From Cyanophora paradoxa CCMP329 (taxonomy: Eukaryota; Plantae; Glaucophyta): DNA of 64,000 bases. The translations under genes were made by a program, and so were the position numbers. Below the pieces are notes generated by a model, which saw nothing but the letters and a program-made list of their open reading frames with translations, was not told the DNA's origin and ran no database searches. Numbering within the stretch: position 1 is the first letter of the stretch; each line of letters opens with the position of its first letter. The DNA lies in assembly GCA_004431415.1 (NCBI GenBank), contig QPMI01000631.1, positions 1 through 64,000 of the forward strand, given 5' to 3'. Shown in pieces: positions 35,895-49,734 of the stretch.

Positions 35895-38800
35895 ATGACT
35901 ATGCCGGTGGAGCTCGAAGCGCTCCTTTCGCCGTGCCCGATTGGCGAGGACGGCGCGCTCGCGGAGTCCGATCCCGCGCATCCTTTCGACGTGCGCGTCG
36001 TGGCGGCCGTGTGCGAAGGCGATCCGGGCGAGCCCGCCACGCCTGCGCACCGCGCGGTGCTCGCCGGCCGCAGCGCCTACTTCCGGGCCATGCTGGGCGG
36101 CGGCTGGCGCGAGTCATCGGGCGCCGGGGATGTCCGCGTGTGCGGCTGGAGCCCCGCCGCCCTCCGCGCCGTCGTCCGCTGGGCGTACGCGGGCGACCCG
36201 GGCGCGCTCCCCGCCGGGGCCGACGAGCTGGCCGAACTCTGCCGCGCCGAGGACTTCTTCGGCCTGCCGGGCTTCACCGAGGCGCTGGAGGCGCGGGCGC
36301 TCCGCTCCACGCCGCCCGCCGCCGCGTGCCGCCTCTGGCGCACCGCGGAGGACGCGGGGCACGAGGCGGTGGCGGGCCTGGCGCGCCGCGCCCTCCTGCG
36401 CGCCGCCGACGAGGCGCCGGGCTGCGCCGCGCTCGGCGCGCTCCCCGCCCGCCTCGCCGCCTCCGTCCTCTCCGACCCCTCCGCCCGCCTCCCCTCCGAG
36501 GCCGCCGCCGCCCGCCTCGCCGCCCGCTGGCGCGTCCTCTAATTTCCCGTACGCTTCGTCGCCCTTTTATCTGACTCGGTACCCCTCCGCAGGTGCCTCG
36601 CGGCGCCCCCCGACGTTCGCGCGGCAGGGGCCGCCCTCCTCTGGCCCGCTGTTCGCGTACCCCTCCTCTCCCCCGCGGACCTCGCCGGTACCCCCTCCCC
36701 TCCCGCGAGCACCCCGCGGCGCCCCTTGCAGCTGCGTCCAACTCATGTACCCGCCGTCTTTCAGACTGCGACATCTCGAGGGGTCTACCCCCCGCCACCC
36801 TCGCCTCCGCCCTTTCCGCCCTCCGCCGGGCCACGAACGCGGTCGCCGCGGATTCCGTAACACCCTTCGCTTCCAACCCCCGCCTCGGCCCCTCCTCCGA
36901 GGTCCGAGGGCGACCCATGCGCCGGGGTACCACAAGCTCGCCTCACTTTCGGCGCAGTCGTACAGCCTCAGGGGCCTCCGGCACGTCCCGGGCCCCGCCC
37001 TCGCGTCCCTCTTCGAATCCGGGCGGGACCGCTTGCCTTCGCTGACCGAGGTGGGTTCGAGCGAGCCCGCCCGACCGCCCCCGCGTCGCCCGCTCACGTA
37101 TCCCCCCCCCCCCCCCCCGCCTCCAGCTGGATCTGTCCGGGTACCCCTCGTCCCTCCCGCAGTCTATCGGCCCTAGCTCGAGACCCGCCTTCCTCAGCTG
37201 CGCGCTGCTGGACGGGGAATCGCTGGTCGCGATCTGCGGCGCCCTCGCCCGCCGGGCCGCTCCGCTCCGCCGCCTCGACCTCTCCGGGTGCCCCCAGGTG
37301 CGCGTACCCCTCCCCAATCGCGTACCCCCCAGCCCGGCTCCTTCGACCTTCCAACGCAGCTCCACGCGGCGGCCATCGGGCACGCGCTCCTCAGCCTCTC
37401 CTCCCTCCAGGCTCGCCCGCCCGCCCGCCCGCCCGCCCGCCCGCCTGATTCGATCCGCGCTCGCCTGATTTGATCTGATTCGGCCGCTTCGCCCCGCCCC
37501 GCAGGACCTCGCGATAGACGACTGCCCCATCGCCGCGTGCGCTCATCTGATCTGATCCGTCTGATCTGAGCTGAACTGATCTGATCTAATCGCAGGCCCC
37601 TCCTCTCCCCCTACGAGCGTCGCCGCGGGTCCCTCCTCCGCCTCTCCGCCCGCCGCGCCGACGTACCCCCCAAGGCGGCCGCCAAGCGCCCCCTGGTCCG
37701 CTCCGCTGGGTACCGCGATTTCTCCCCCTCCCCCGGCCTTCGACTGGGGGTACCGCGAAGGTGGCGGGCCTCCTCTCGGCCGCTGGTACCCGTCTGGCCG
37801 CGCTCGACCTCCGGGAGTGGCGTACCCCCCTCCTGGAGGAAGACGCGGCGGCCCTTGCGGAGCGCCTTCGATCGGGTACCCTCCGCGAGCTCGACCTCTC
37901 CGGGGTACCCTGTACCCCTCTTCCCCTTTCACCTTCCCCCTCCCCGCCTCTGACCGGGGGTACAGGCCTGGCATGAGCAGACGGAGGCGGATCCAGGGGG
38001 GGATGCGGCCGGGGGGGCGGCGGCGGCCGCTGCCCCTTTATGTGCGGGCCTGCGGGGCGCCCCCTCTCTGACCACCCTCCGCCTCGGCCACTGCCCCTTC
38101 GTCTCCGATGACCTGGCGCGCCCCGTACCCCCCCGCTTCTTCCCCCCCTCCCCGCACGCCCTCCGGCGCTCACGCGCCCCTCCGTCCGCAGGTCCGCGCG
38201 GCGCTGCGCGCATCCCCCCTGCGCGAGCTGTCCCTGCGGGGTACGCCGATCTCCGACGCGGCGTTCGCGGACGCACCCCCGTCCTCGCTCTCGGGCCTCG
38301 AGGCGCTCGACCTCCGCGAGACGGGCATCGAGGGGTGCATCCTTTCCCTGTACCCCCCTTCGCCCGCGTCGCTTTTCCGAGTACCCCCCGCCGCCGCGCA
38401 GGACCACGTGGCTCCCCGGGTGCCGCTCCCTTCGGAGCCTGAACGTGCGCGGCTGCAGAGGCTTCAGGCCGCCCGGTCCCTCCTGGCCAGGAGACGCCAG
38501 CCCCCTCCTCGAGGAGCTCAAGGCCGGCTGGGGCATCTCCGACGTGCACCTGTGCGTCCGAAAGAACGCCGTACCCCCCCCCCCGCTCGCTCGTCCATCT
38601 CGTGATTCAAATCGGCGCCCGGCGGGCAGGGCGAGCGCGCCGCCGCTGCGGGCGCTCTCCCTGGGGCTGGGTACGAGCGCGACGGACTCGGGACTCGTAC
38701 CCCTCGTCCGCCGCTCGGGGCGCCGCCTCCGCGCCCTCCGCCTGTGCCCTTCCCCCCCCCCCCCCCCACCACCCCCCCACACCCCACACCCCTTTCCCCC

Positions 38801-40849
38801 CCCTAAACAGCTTCGCAGGTCGTTCGCGCGGCTCAGCGGCCGCGGCCTGCGGGCGGTGGTCGATGCCTGCCCTGAGCTCGAGGCGCGCTATGCATCTTTC
38901 TTTGGCGCGCGTGCCTGACCGCTTCTCGACCCCATACTTCGCCGGGCAGATCCTGAGCGTCGAGTGCAACCTGGATGAGCTGGGCGACCGTTCACCCGAC
39001 CGTTCAAGCAGCGAAGGCGAGGAGGAACAGACGGAGGGGGAGGAGGGGGGAAGGAAAGGGGAGGATGTGGCGGAGGGGCCCCGCCCGCACGCCCTCGCCC
39101 CCCTCCTAGGGGAGGGGGGTACCGGTGCATTGCGCGCCCTCCGGCTCGACTGCGGACGGTGGCGCGGCTTCTGCCGAGGCCTCCCCGCCTCCTGGGTACG
39201 CCTTTTCCATCTATTCGCGCTCGCCCTTCACCCCTCTACTAAAGCGTACCCGGGCAGCTCTCGGGCCTGCGGTCGCTGCGCCTCTTCCAGTGCCGGGACC
39301 TGACCGACGAGCACCTCAGGTGATCCTGAGCTCAGTTCGCCCTCTGCGGTCTTATCTGAGCGCTGTTCGCTCCCCATCCGCCGTTCGCAGGCCCGCCGGG
39401 CCCGCCCCCCTCCTCCCCCTGGAGGTGCCCCCCGCCCTTCCCCCGCCCCCGGCCCGCGCGTGCCTCTCCCTCGAGACATTAGATCGCGCTCCCGATCTCA
39501 CACTCAAACCGCGGATCTCGCGCCTAAGACAACATCAGCTTCAGCTAAATTTTAAGCCTTAAGTCATCCAAGCTAATGCTCCCCCCCCCTCCCCCCCCCC
39601 CCCTCTCCCCCCGCCCTCCCCCGCACCCGGCCCGCGCACGCCCCTCCCTAAGCCTTCGCGTACGCCCACGTACGACTTCAGCTGAAGCCTTAAGCCTTGG
39701 CCGACATCCGATCTCGCGCTCAGATCAGATCAGATCTGATCTGATCCGATCCCGCCTCGCCTCGCCCCAGGAGCTCTCTGTGGAGGAGTGCCGGGGCGTG
39801 TCGGGGGCCGCTCTTCTCGCCCTCGCCGCCGCCTGCCCCGCCCTCCGGTGCGCGGGCGAGGGCGTTCCAGGGGCGTCGACGGCAGATGCCCGCAAACCAA
39901 ACTCAGAGCCGCGGCCCGCGTGTGCACGCGTACATATCTAGGCTCCTGCGCGGCCTACGCCGCCTTCACTTCCTCTCTACGCCCCCAGTCAGCGAGAGCG
40001 CAGCGCGTTGAACGAACCCTGTGACATAGATACTCCACCAACATACCTACAATCTAGACTTGGCCCGGCCCGCCCCCGCTTAAGCTTAAGCTTAAGCTGA
40101 TGTTGTCGTACTCCGCGCGGCGCCGGCACGGCAGGTCGCTGCGGGCGGCGCACCTGGGGCCTACCGGCGTCCCCGCCTCCTTCCTCGAGGACCTCGCCGC
40201 CCTCTGCCCCGCCCTCCGCTCCGCCCTCGTCGACCGGTGCGCCAGCTTCAAGGCTTGGCCTCATGATGGGCGATAATAAGAGGTCATAACAAATCCGGTT
40301 GCTACTTGAACTAAGAAACACGTTAAGCCAACAATTAGGCTGTTAGGAAACGGCTTGCCCTGCCGCCCTCTGCCCCGCCCTCCGCTCCGCCCTCGTCGAC
40401 CGGTGCGCCAGCTCGAGCTTAGATTGCGCCTTGAGCTTAAGCTCAACTTAGCTTGATTAGCTACAAAGGATGATTGGATTTAGCTTAAATCAGCTTAAGA
40501 TTTAGCTTGATTGGCTTAAAATGATGATCGGCCCCGCCCTCCGTGCCGCCCCCGTCGACCGGTGCGCGCGCTTAAGCTTGGATTGATGATGATGATGCGT
40601 CGATTTAAATTAGCGCGCGCTTAAGCTTAAATTAGTTTAAGCTTAAGCTCAGCGGTGCGTCGATCGATGATGATGATGATATTTGGGATCAGGTGCGATC
40701 TGGTGGAGGGGGGGATCCGCGCCCCGGCGGCGCGCCCCGGCCCCGGCCCCCGCCCCCGCCTCCTGCTCAACGCGTGCCGCCGGACGGAGCACCTCACAAT
40801 CCGGTGCGCCGTCAGCAGGGGCGACCCCGTGGACATGTGCGCGCAGTAG
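35895..40849 (+). CDS. BTB/POZ (BACK) + leucine-rich-repeat protein
   Basis: BTB FDVRVV..PAHRAVLAGRSAYFRAMLGGGWRES..ALRAVVRWAYAG. Cys-containing LRRs LRRLDLSGCP, LRELDLSG, LRELSLRGTPISD, LEALDLRETGI, ELSVEECRGVSG. Confidence 0.82.
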
Positions 40850-41700
40850 TCGGCCGTAGATCATAGTTGGCGCAATAGTAGATCTCTATAGCTAGTTATA
40901 GTAGTTGCATGCCGCAGTGCAGTGCAGCCTCAATAACCTCCAATTTGCAATTGCAATTGCAAGACAAGAGAGAGGGCCCGGCCGCGGGTGATTTCTGAGG
41001 GCCCGGAGACAAGACAAGATCTAGACAAGTTAATTTGAGGTGCTCTGCTGCAGCTGCAGCTGGTCGATCGCGAGCTCGTCTTAATGTTTGGATACGTGTG
41101 CGAATCATTCATTATTCGAATTCTAGATCTCCCAATCAATCTCGATCTCGCACTTCATACATGCGCGCATGCATATGCATGCATCATGGGCATACGAGTC
41201 TTTCGTTAAACGAATTATCAGCGCAAGGACTCCGAGGCTCGTTAGGGCTTTTAAAATGTATATATGGTCACGTGATACGGCCTAGAAGGCTAGCTAGCTC
41301 TCGCTAGGGCAGCCGTCACAGCCCGCACGTGCACGTCACGGCGTGCTGCCGATTCGAATTCCGGAGTCCCGGTCGACTCCCGGATCGGGACTCGAGCTCG
41401 GTTCTCGAGCTCGGATTCGGAGCCGGGCCGCGGGGGCCCGGGGGTCTAGATCTCGGCTATGCATGCAAATGTGCGAATTCGAATTCAGCGTTCATGATCA
41501 ATCGCAGTTGTGTACGTACATTAAGCGTACGTTTACGACTCCCGGGCCCGGGCCCCCAGCGCCCCCCTGCAGCTGCCCGATGATGGCCCCCGGCTCGAGC
41601 GAAGGTCGCGCGGGGTCGGATTTATATACGCTCGAATCCTATAGCTAATTATAATTATGACTTTGTAGTAAGGGCGCTATCTCTAGATCCAGCTCAGATC

Positions 41701-43338
41701 TCATGTGAGCTCAGCGCTGGCCTCTGCATGCGCATCTGCAGCCGGGCGCCTGGATCTCAGATCAGATCTGAGCTCGAGGTCGGACCCGAGCCGGGCCGAA
41801 GTTCGGTACGTGTACGCGGAGGCGGACACGGCGGGGTCGACAGAGTCCGGCAGGCCCCTGCACACAGACGAAAGTAGTTCAGTTAAGGTTAAATGTTTTG
41901 GATCCCGGAGCTCTATTCGACCTCGAGCTCGCAAGATTTATAATTACGTGTACGGATCGGTGTTTAGAGTCGAGGCTCGCGGTGCATTAAAATTTATATA
42001 TGAAGCGAGGGGGTGCCCGCGGGCGGCGTGGGAGCGGGGCGCGCCTGTGCCGGCCGAGGAGCATGAGGAGGGACACCGAGACCTGTGCGTGGACACGTGC
42101 GAACGAACCCTTAGTTAACGGGCCAAGCAAAGGCGGGCGGGCGAGCGGCGGGTGATTGATATTTGCAATTGCGCCCGGGTGCCGGCCGCTCGAAATTCGA
42201 GGAGGCCTAGGCCGTCAGCACTAGCTGCAGCGGGCAAGGGCGAGCGAACCCTGGAGACGGGGCTGCGAACGAAAAGACAACAACGAGTCAGCTCGCGGGG
42301 CCAACGAGACAACGGGGGATTGCTTTCCAAGGCCTAGATTCAATTTAGGGCCTAGGCCTAGGCCCGCCCAGCTATAAATAGGTCCAGTCTAATCTCGCCC
42401 CCTGCGGCGAACCTGAAGGCGGCGGAGAGAGAGGCGGGGCGGGGCTCGAGAGAAGAAGGTGGCGGCAGAGTTGAGCCTAGTACTGGGCTGTGCCCTGTCG
42501 GGCAAGCAAGCAAGCCTTGCACTCGCACGCGCGGCTTGCTTCCTAGGCCTACCATTAATTTAGGTCTAGCACGAGTATATTTTCCCTAGGAGGAGGTATC
42601 TAGGAGGCCAGGCATAATCACCCTAGACGTACCTGAAGGCGGCGGAGAGGGAGGCGGGGCTCCCCGGGGCCCCCATCGAGAACCCGATGTTCCCTGCGAA
42701 CGAAGCGGGCGAGGCGCACGCGGACGCGGATCGCAGTGAGCTAGCGGGGGTACGCGACGTCCTCGGGGGGAGGGGGGTACGCATGAGTGCGCCGCCAGGC
42801 GCACCGTACGCCGACACCGCCTCGAAGATGACCTGCGGGGGGGGGGGGGGGGGGGGGGTAGGTTAAGGATGGAGTGGAGGGCTCGGGCCGGGCCGGGCCG
42901 GGGGGCGATGGCGGCGCGTGCCGCGAGACTCTAACCCGAGTGCGTGGGGGCGGCGCACGTCGAGGACGTCGTACCCCTGCGGATTCCGAAGGGATGGCCC
43001 CTCGGCGATGCAGATCTGGGGAGGCTCCCTGAAGGAGACAGCGCGGGGGGGGGGGGGGGGGGGGGGGGCGTGGGGCGGGGTACCACGATTATCCCAAGCC
43101 AGATCCATGCGATGTCGCGCGTGACCATGTACTGGGAGGGGGTAGGGCATTACTAAAGAAATAAAGAAGAACTGAAACAGGGGGGAGAAGGAAGATGGGG
43201 GTACCTGGAGGTGCTTTGTGGCCGCAGCGGCGCCCCCCAGGGGCCCGGGAGCGGGGTCGGGGGTCGGGGGCTCGCCAGGAGGGGGTACCACCAGCGAGCG
43301 TCGCCGGACGAGTTCCGTTGCGAACGAAGCCTGCTCGG

Positions 43339-43372
<34 letters not shown>

Positions 43373-46300
43373 CGAAAGGCGAAGGGCGCGGGCGCGGCGG
43401 GGGGTACGCCACCCACGCACCAGAGAGGCGCTGCGGTGCAGGCGGGCGCGCGAGGGGACGGACCCCGATCGGCCGGGGGCCGAGGGCGGCTCCTCCCCCG
43501 GGAAGGCCGGCGCGGCCGGTAACCCCCTCGCGGAGGCGCCGGTACCCCCCTCGAGCTCCCGGGCCTCTTTGGCGGCCTCGGCGTCCCGCACAGCGCCCGA
43601 GAAGCGAAGGGAGAGGCTGAGGGGGCGCCGGACGCTTAGAGAGGGGGGGGGGGAAGGGGGGGGGCGGAAAGGGAGGGATAGGGGTACGCGCACATGAAAG
43701 GAAAGGGGGCAAGGTACATCATGAGGATGATGACTGGCCCATGGGTTCGGGTCGGGCGAGCGACATTCAAAGTCACTCAACGTTAAGGGGGCGGGGCGGG
43801 GAGGGGGGTACCGAGCCAGAGGGCGGGGCTCATGGCGGCTGCGGAAGGGGCGAGTACCCTGTCAGCTACTGAAGCGAGCCGAGCCGTGTCGGGACTTCGC
43901 GGCCGGGGCTAGCTGCTGGGCCGGGGCGGGGCGGGCCGATGCTGATGTACCCAGGCGGGGGCGGGGCTCCGGGCTGCCCGCGAAGCCTAAGCCCGCGTGG
44001 CCTTTCTGGACCGATTTCGTGGGCTTAGACTAAGCTTAGGGGCGGGGCGGGCCGATGCTAGAGCTACAGATCTAGCCTAGATCGATATCTAGCTATAGAT
44101 GCTAGATCTAGCGGGAGTGCGGCACCGATGCTGAGGGTTGTGAAGCCGGCGTAGCGCGTCGTGACCGCCATGAAGAAGGCGTTCAGCAGCTGCGCGGGGG
44201 GGTGGGGGGGGGGGGCGGTGTCAGCGCGGAGAGGATGGGGGCCAGGAGAGGGCCGGAGAGAGTCCAGCAAAGGAAGGGCGGCCTTAAGGGCTGGCGGCCT
44301 CGAGAGGGAGGCCGCTGTCAGCGCGGAGAGGATGCGAGCCAGGAGGAAGGGCGGCCTTAAGGGCGCCTTCTGGCCCGGGGCGGGCCGCGGCCAGCCTGAG
44401 AGCCAGCCAGCCGGGCCGGGAGCAGGGGAGGGGGGTGGGAGGGGGGGGGGGGGGGGGGGGGGGGCGCCTTGGCGCTGAGGGAGCCAAGCTCGTCGTACAC
44501 GGGCTCATCCAAGTCCAGCGCCGCCGTCAGTACCCTGCGGGGCAGGCCGCGTAGGTGAGGAGGTGCACGTGAGGGGAGGGCGAGGGCGGCGGGATTGGGC
44601 GAGGGCGGCGGATCCGGAGATCAAGATCTAGAGCTCTTGCTATATATATACATTCTCTTGCAGATACCGCGGCATCGGATAGCGGTGGAGAGCACCGGGG
44701 GCGGGCATAGACCATATCTCGAGGCTTTTTTCCCATATTGAAGCCTGCACTAGCCAACAAGCCGTGTTCATAGACTTAGAGAGCCTTTGTTGTTCCTGTG
44801 CTCGCGCTCGCGATCATCGGAGCGCGCATGTGAAGAGCTCTTAGGGCGGGGGCACCCTATCCTCGAGCTCTTGGGATTGTTTGTTTGTTCGAACTCTAAG
44901 CGGGGCGGGCGCGCATGTGAACGGCGAAGAGGGCGGCGAGAGAGCGTGGCGCGGGTCTATAGCTAGTCGGCCAGATACAAGCCTGTGTTCCTATATGTAT
45001 CGTTAGAACCTTGCGGACGGCGAGAGAAGTGCTTTAGGCCTAGGGCGGCGTGCGAACGGTGGGCGCGCATGTGGACGGTGAAGAGGGTGAAGACGGCCGC
45101 GAGCAGCGCCAGCGTCGGGCCCTTCCTGTCCCGGAGGCGGCGGCCGCGCCTCCGGTAAGACGACGCGGGGCGGGAGGCGGGGCGGGGCGGGGCGGGGCGG
45201 GGCGGCCTATCTATGACTGGGCGGGGCCCAGCCTAGTAGGGAATCCCCTCTCCCTCCTCCCCTTCTAGAGGACCCGAGCGGGGCGGGCCCGGGGCGGGGC
45301 GGGGCGGGGCGGGGCGGGGGCGGCCTTTGCGCGCCGGAAGAGGTGCGTCGTGCAGCGGCGCGGGTGCCTGGAGGCGGCGGAGCGAAGCGATCAGTCAGTC
45401 AGTCCCCGTACCAGGACCTCTGATAAAAGCCAGGACCAGGACCGTAACGGCCCGCAACGGGCTCGCTCGCCTGCGTGCGGCGGCGGTAGCGTCAGTTACG
45501 TTAGAGATCTCCTAGAGCCTGCCAGCCAGCCGGGGCTCAAGGGTGGTCCCACGGGCCCAAGGGCCGCCGGCTTCGCCGTTCACCTGATGAGGTAGAGGAA
45601 CGGTAGCTTTGCCGGGCCCGGCGCCACGCGGTGCGCCGCCCGCACCTGGCGGGGGCGTGGGGGGTACGCGTTCAGTGCGTGGCTAAAGGGGCGAAGAGGC
45701 TCAAGGGCGGACCAGCACGAAAAGGCCGACCGGCAGCCTGCGGCAGGGTCGGGAGGGGAGGGGGAGGGGGGAGGAGCCGGGGGGGGAGGGGGGGGTACGG
45801 CGCACAGCTGGCCGCCCAGGAGGCTAAGGAAGGCCGTGAACAGGAGAACGAAGCGGTCGTGCTGGGGTTTCGGGTACAGGACGTGAAGGAGAATCTTGGG
45901 GGGGGGGGGGGGTGGTGTTAGAAGAGCCGGGGTACGCCGCACCCGGAACTGGGCCATGCTGTCCGGCAGGGGGCTCAGCCCAGCTGCGTAGAAGGACGAC
46001 GCGGCGTGGAAGAAGGAAAACCTGCGGAACTCGAATTTTCTCTTCCGGGGGGGGGGGGGGGGGGAATTGGGGGGGGGTACGGCGACGCGCCACCAGGGGT
46101 TCACGTTTGCCTCGCCGAGGGCACGGCGGGCGTTAGATTCGAGGTTGAAGTAGGGAACGAAAGCCAGCAGGGCGATTGACTGGGGGGTACGGCGCGTTGA
46201 GGGGTTACGCCGAGGACGAAGGCGGGGGCGGGGTTGAGGGGGGTACCAGCCAGGTGACGAAGTACCCCACGATGAGAGCCTGCAGCCTCCGGAGCGCGTG

Positions 46301-47194
46301 GTACTCCACCAGATCTGAGGAGGGGGTAACTTGTTTCGAGGAGGGGGTACGCGGGCATTGGTTGAATGGGGTACGGGCACACCGATAAAGAGGGGGTGGG
46401 AGGGATCGGGGAGGGGTTCGCTGATCGCGCTGGCGTGTGAGAGGGGATCGAATGATAAGAATCGGAAGGAGGGAGCCCGAACCGAGCGGCGACGGGGGAG
46501 CGGAGGTACGGAGCCGCGCGGCCCCGGCGCCTGTACAGGAACCGCTTCGCCGAAACGATCGCCAGGACCTTCATCGATCGGACTGGCTCATGCGGAGCTT
46601 GGAATTTGAATTTGAAATTCGATTGTTTGGACGCACCGTTGTCACCTGGCTTCCGAGTGCGATGCAGACCCTGCGGGCGCCGACCGAACCAAGACTAGTC
46701 AGCGGCGGAAACAGCACGAGCGAAGCGCATGCGCACCAGCAGAGGACCTGCCCGTTGACGGAGAGCTTGTTGAAGTCCAGGGGCGCAAGGCCCGTGCACG
46801 TCGCGCAGGAGACGCCGAGGAGCCCTGCGGAAGGAACCGACGAGGCGGATCGGGCGGCGGCGCGGAAGAATTCAGAGAATTTGATGCGCTCGGAGCCTCT
46901 GAGCGATGCTGCGCACACGCGGCGTCGAAGGTGAGCCCGTCGATCGCACAGAAGAGTGCGCCGACGGCGAGCGACCCGAACAGGAAGCTTGCGAAGTGCA
47001 CCTGTGCGCGTATACAAGTACGTACGCGTCAGAGGGAACGCAATTGCAAGCGCAGAGGTGGGGGACCCGCTTAAAAGCTGGGAGCGCACCCGCCAGAAGT
47101 TGAGTCGGCTGGATACTGGACGCGGGAGGCTAGGCAGAGACGCGATTCTGTCGACGAGCGCATCGTACAGGGCCCGGAAGCGTCCGCAGAGCAT
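41701..47194 (-). CDS. Trk/HKT-family potassium transporter (multi-intron)
   Basis: LNFWRVHF.., SCATCTGLAPLDFNKLS, FFHAASSFYAAGLS, LNAFFMAVTTRYAGF, VIFEAVSAY..GNIGFSMG, RGLPDSVDPAV: four MPM pore motifs and the conserved C-terminus. Confidence 0.88.
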
Positions 47195-47255
47195 GGGGCG
47201 CCTGGCCGACTTGCGGCTCTCGCCCCCTACCCCCCCATTCGACCTGACCCCGACC

Positions 47256-49345
47256 ATGCTCCGCTCTATCGCTTCCCGTTCGGTTGCCGTTCGCGGCAAT
47301 GCCCGGCACATGTCGGGTGCGCGGCCTCGTGTTGCCCCATACCGCTTCCTCGCGCCGCTTCGCCCGCTGACATACGCGCGCGTCCCGATCGCAGTGGCGG
47401 CTTCAAAGAAGCCGATGAAGGTCGCAATCACGGTAAGCCGGCGTCCGCCGCCCCGCGACGCCCCGTCGGGCCGATGCCCTCATCGCGCCCCGTCGGCCCG
47501 AGCAGGGCGCGGCCGGCAACATCGGCTACGCCATGGTTCCCCGCGTGGCGAGCGGCCAGCTGCTGGGCCTGGATCAGCCCGTGCACCTCTCGCTGGTCGA
47601 GGTGCCGCAGGGCCTCAAGCCGCTCGGCGGTGTCGAGATGGAGCTCGACGACTGGTGCCGCGGCCCCTTCCTCTTCCGGCAGCGTTCTCCGAGCGTCCTG
47701 ATCGGCCTCCCTGCGCCCGCGCAGCGCGTTCCCTCTCCTTAAGAAAGTGACGTGCACCGCCGACCCGCTCGAGGGCTTCGCGGATGCCGACGTCGGTGCG
47801 CGTCCTTTCTTTTGTACCTTTCGACTCGCCGCACGTCCCGTAAGCTGCGCCCCGGCGATCGCAGTCCTGCTGGTCGGCGCCAAGCCCCGCGGCCCGTGCG
47901 CTCGTGGCGGCGCCTGCATCCTCGCCGGCCCCTTTCTCACACCGTAGCCAGCGGCATGGAGCGCGCGGATCTGATGAAGGACAACGCGAAGATCTTCGTT
48001 GAGCAGGGCAAGGTGCGATCGAATTCGCCCCCGCCCGCTTGGAACCCGCGGCGGCCACGCCCGCCGAGCGCCGGCCGCGCCCGCCGCGCCGCTAACGCAG
48101 CGCTCTCGTCGGACAGGCCCTGAACCAGGTCGCTAAGAAGACCTGCAAGGTCGTCGTCGTCGGTGCGCCACGTGCCGATGGCGTCATGGCGCGCGGCGGC
48201 CGTTCTGACGGTCCTTTGGGCCCCGCGCCTCCGCCGCGCGCGCAGGCAACCCCGCCAACACGAACTGCCTTATCGCCGCGACCTACGCGCCCAACCTCGA
48301 CCCGAGGGTGACACTTCTCCCTCCCCGCATTCCTTTCCCGCAACTTTTGATCCGCCCTAACATTTGATCCGGCAGAACTTCTCCGCCATGACCCGCCTGG
48401 ACCACAACCGCGGGCTCGGCCAGCTCGCGAAGAAGTGCAACGTCGGCGTCGACCAGATTTCGAAGTTCGCCATCTGGGGTACGCGATTCTCGCCGTACCG
48501 GGGCGGGCGGGGGGCGGGCGGGCGGGCAGGCCGGGAGTAGAATCCAGGCGACGCCGTCCAAGCTCTAGAGCAGAATGGCGAGCGTGCACAGAAGTGTTGA
48601 CTCATGGCCCGCTCCGCCCACCCCCCCGCAGGCAACCACAGCCCGACGATGTACCCCGACATCTCCCACTGCCTCATCGACGGCAAGCCCGCCAAGTCCC
48701 TCGTTGACGAGAAGTGGCTCAAGGAGGCACGTACCCCTTTTCTCGCCCCCTTCCCACCCCTTTTACACTGCCTGACGCCGTAACCCCTCCCCGCGCAGGT
48801 TTTCATGCCCTGCGTCCAGAAGCGCGGCGCGGCCATCATCGCTGCCCGCGGCGCCTCGAGGTGCGCCTGCCTGTACCCCTCCCCGGCCCGCAGGCCTCCG
48901 CTACCTCCTCGTGCTGACGTACCCCTCCTCTTCACTTGTACCCCCCGCAGCGCTGCGTCGGCGGCGTCGGCTGCGATCGACCACATGCGGGATTGGGTCC
49001 TGGGTACCAACGGCGCCTGGACTTCCATGGCCGTTTACTCGGAGGGCAAATACAGTGCGTCGCCTCGCTCTGGAAGGGACCGAGATTCGATCGCGCGCGG
49101 TCTGACTGGACCCCGGCCGACCAGACACCCCGAAGGGCGTGTACTACTCGTACCCCCTCACGACCGCCAACGGCTCGTACAGCGTCGTCGAGGGCCTCTC
49201 CGTGGACGCCTTCTCGTGCGCCGAAAAACATTCGATCCGCTTCGTGAAGATTCGATCTCACATTCGATCCAGGGCCGAGTGCATGGCCAAGACGGGCAAG
49301 GAGCTCCTCGAGGAGCGTGACCTGGTGAAGGACTTCCTCAAGTAA
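47256..49345 (+). CDS. MDH: NAD-malate dehydrogenase (MDH1/bacterial type-2 family) with N-terminal presequence, ~13 introns
   Basis: Spliced by eye: [89 protein letters not shown]. Confidence 0.96.
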
Positions 49346-49734
49346 GCGAGCGGACGGAGAAGCTTGACCTTCAGCTTCGCTCGCTTGGCTGGGCAGGCGA
49401 AGCCAGCGTGCACGGGTCCCCGGGCCGCGCTTGTACATAGGGAGCTTTTAGTTCGCCGCCCTCGGCACGTTCAGCTCCCGTTTTTGCTCAGCGAGGCCAG
49501 TTTTTAAGAGATGTCTCTCCTTTCAGCGGCCGCGGGCCGAGCTCGAGCGCGCCACGGGCACGTGCGGATTTGGGGTCCTAGGCCTCAGGGCTTCAGAGCA
49601 CGTGATTTCTCGGGCACGACGATGTGGCACAGACCGACAGACCGCTATTGGCCCGGCCGGAAGCGCCGGCGCCGGCGCGGCCGGCCCCTAGCTAGCCTAC
49701 TAGAGCGTACCCAGAATTTTGATCCCCGTCGAAG

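Noticed and set aside
42836-44465. Long poly-G runs as functional G-quadruplex elements
   Set aside because: They are the complement of intronic poly-C tracts found in all genes here, and their lengths are unreliable in assemblies.
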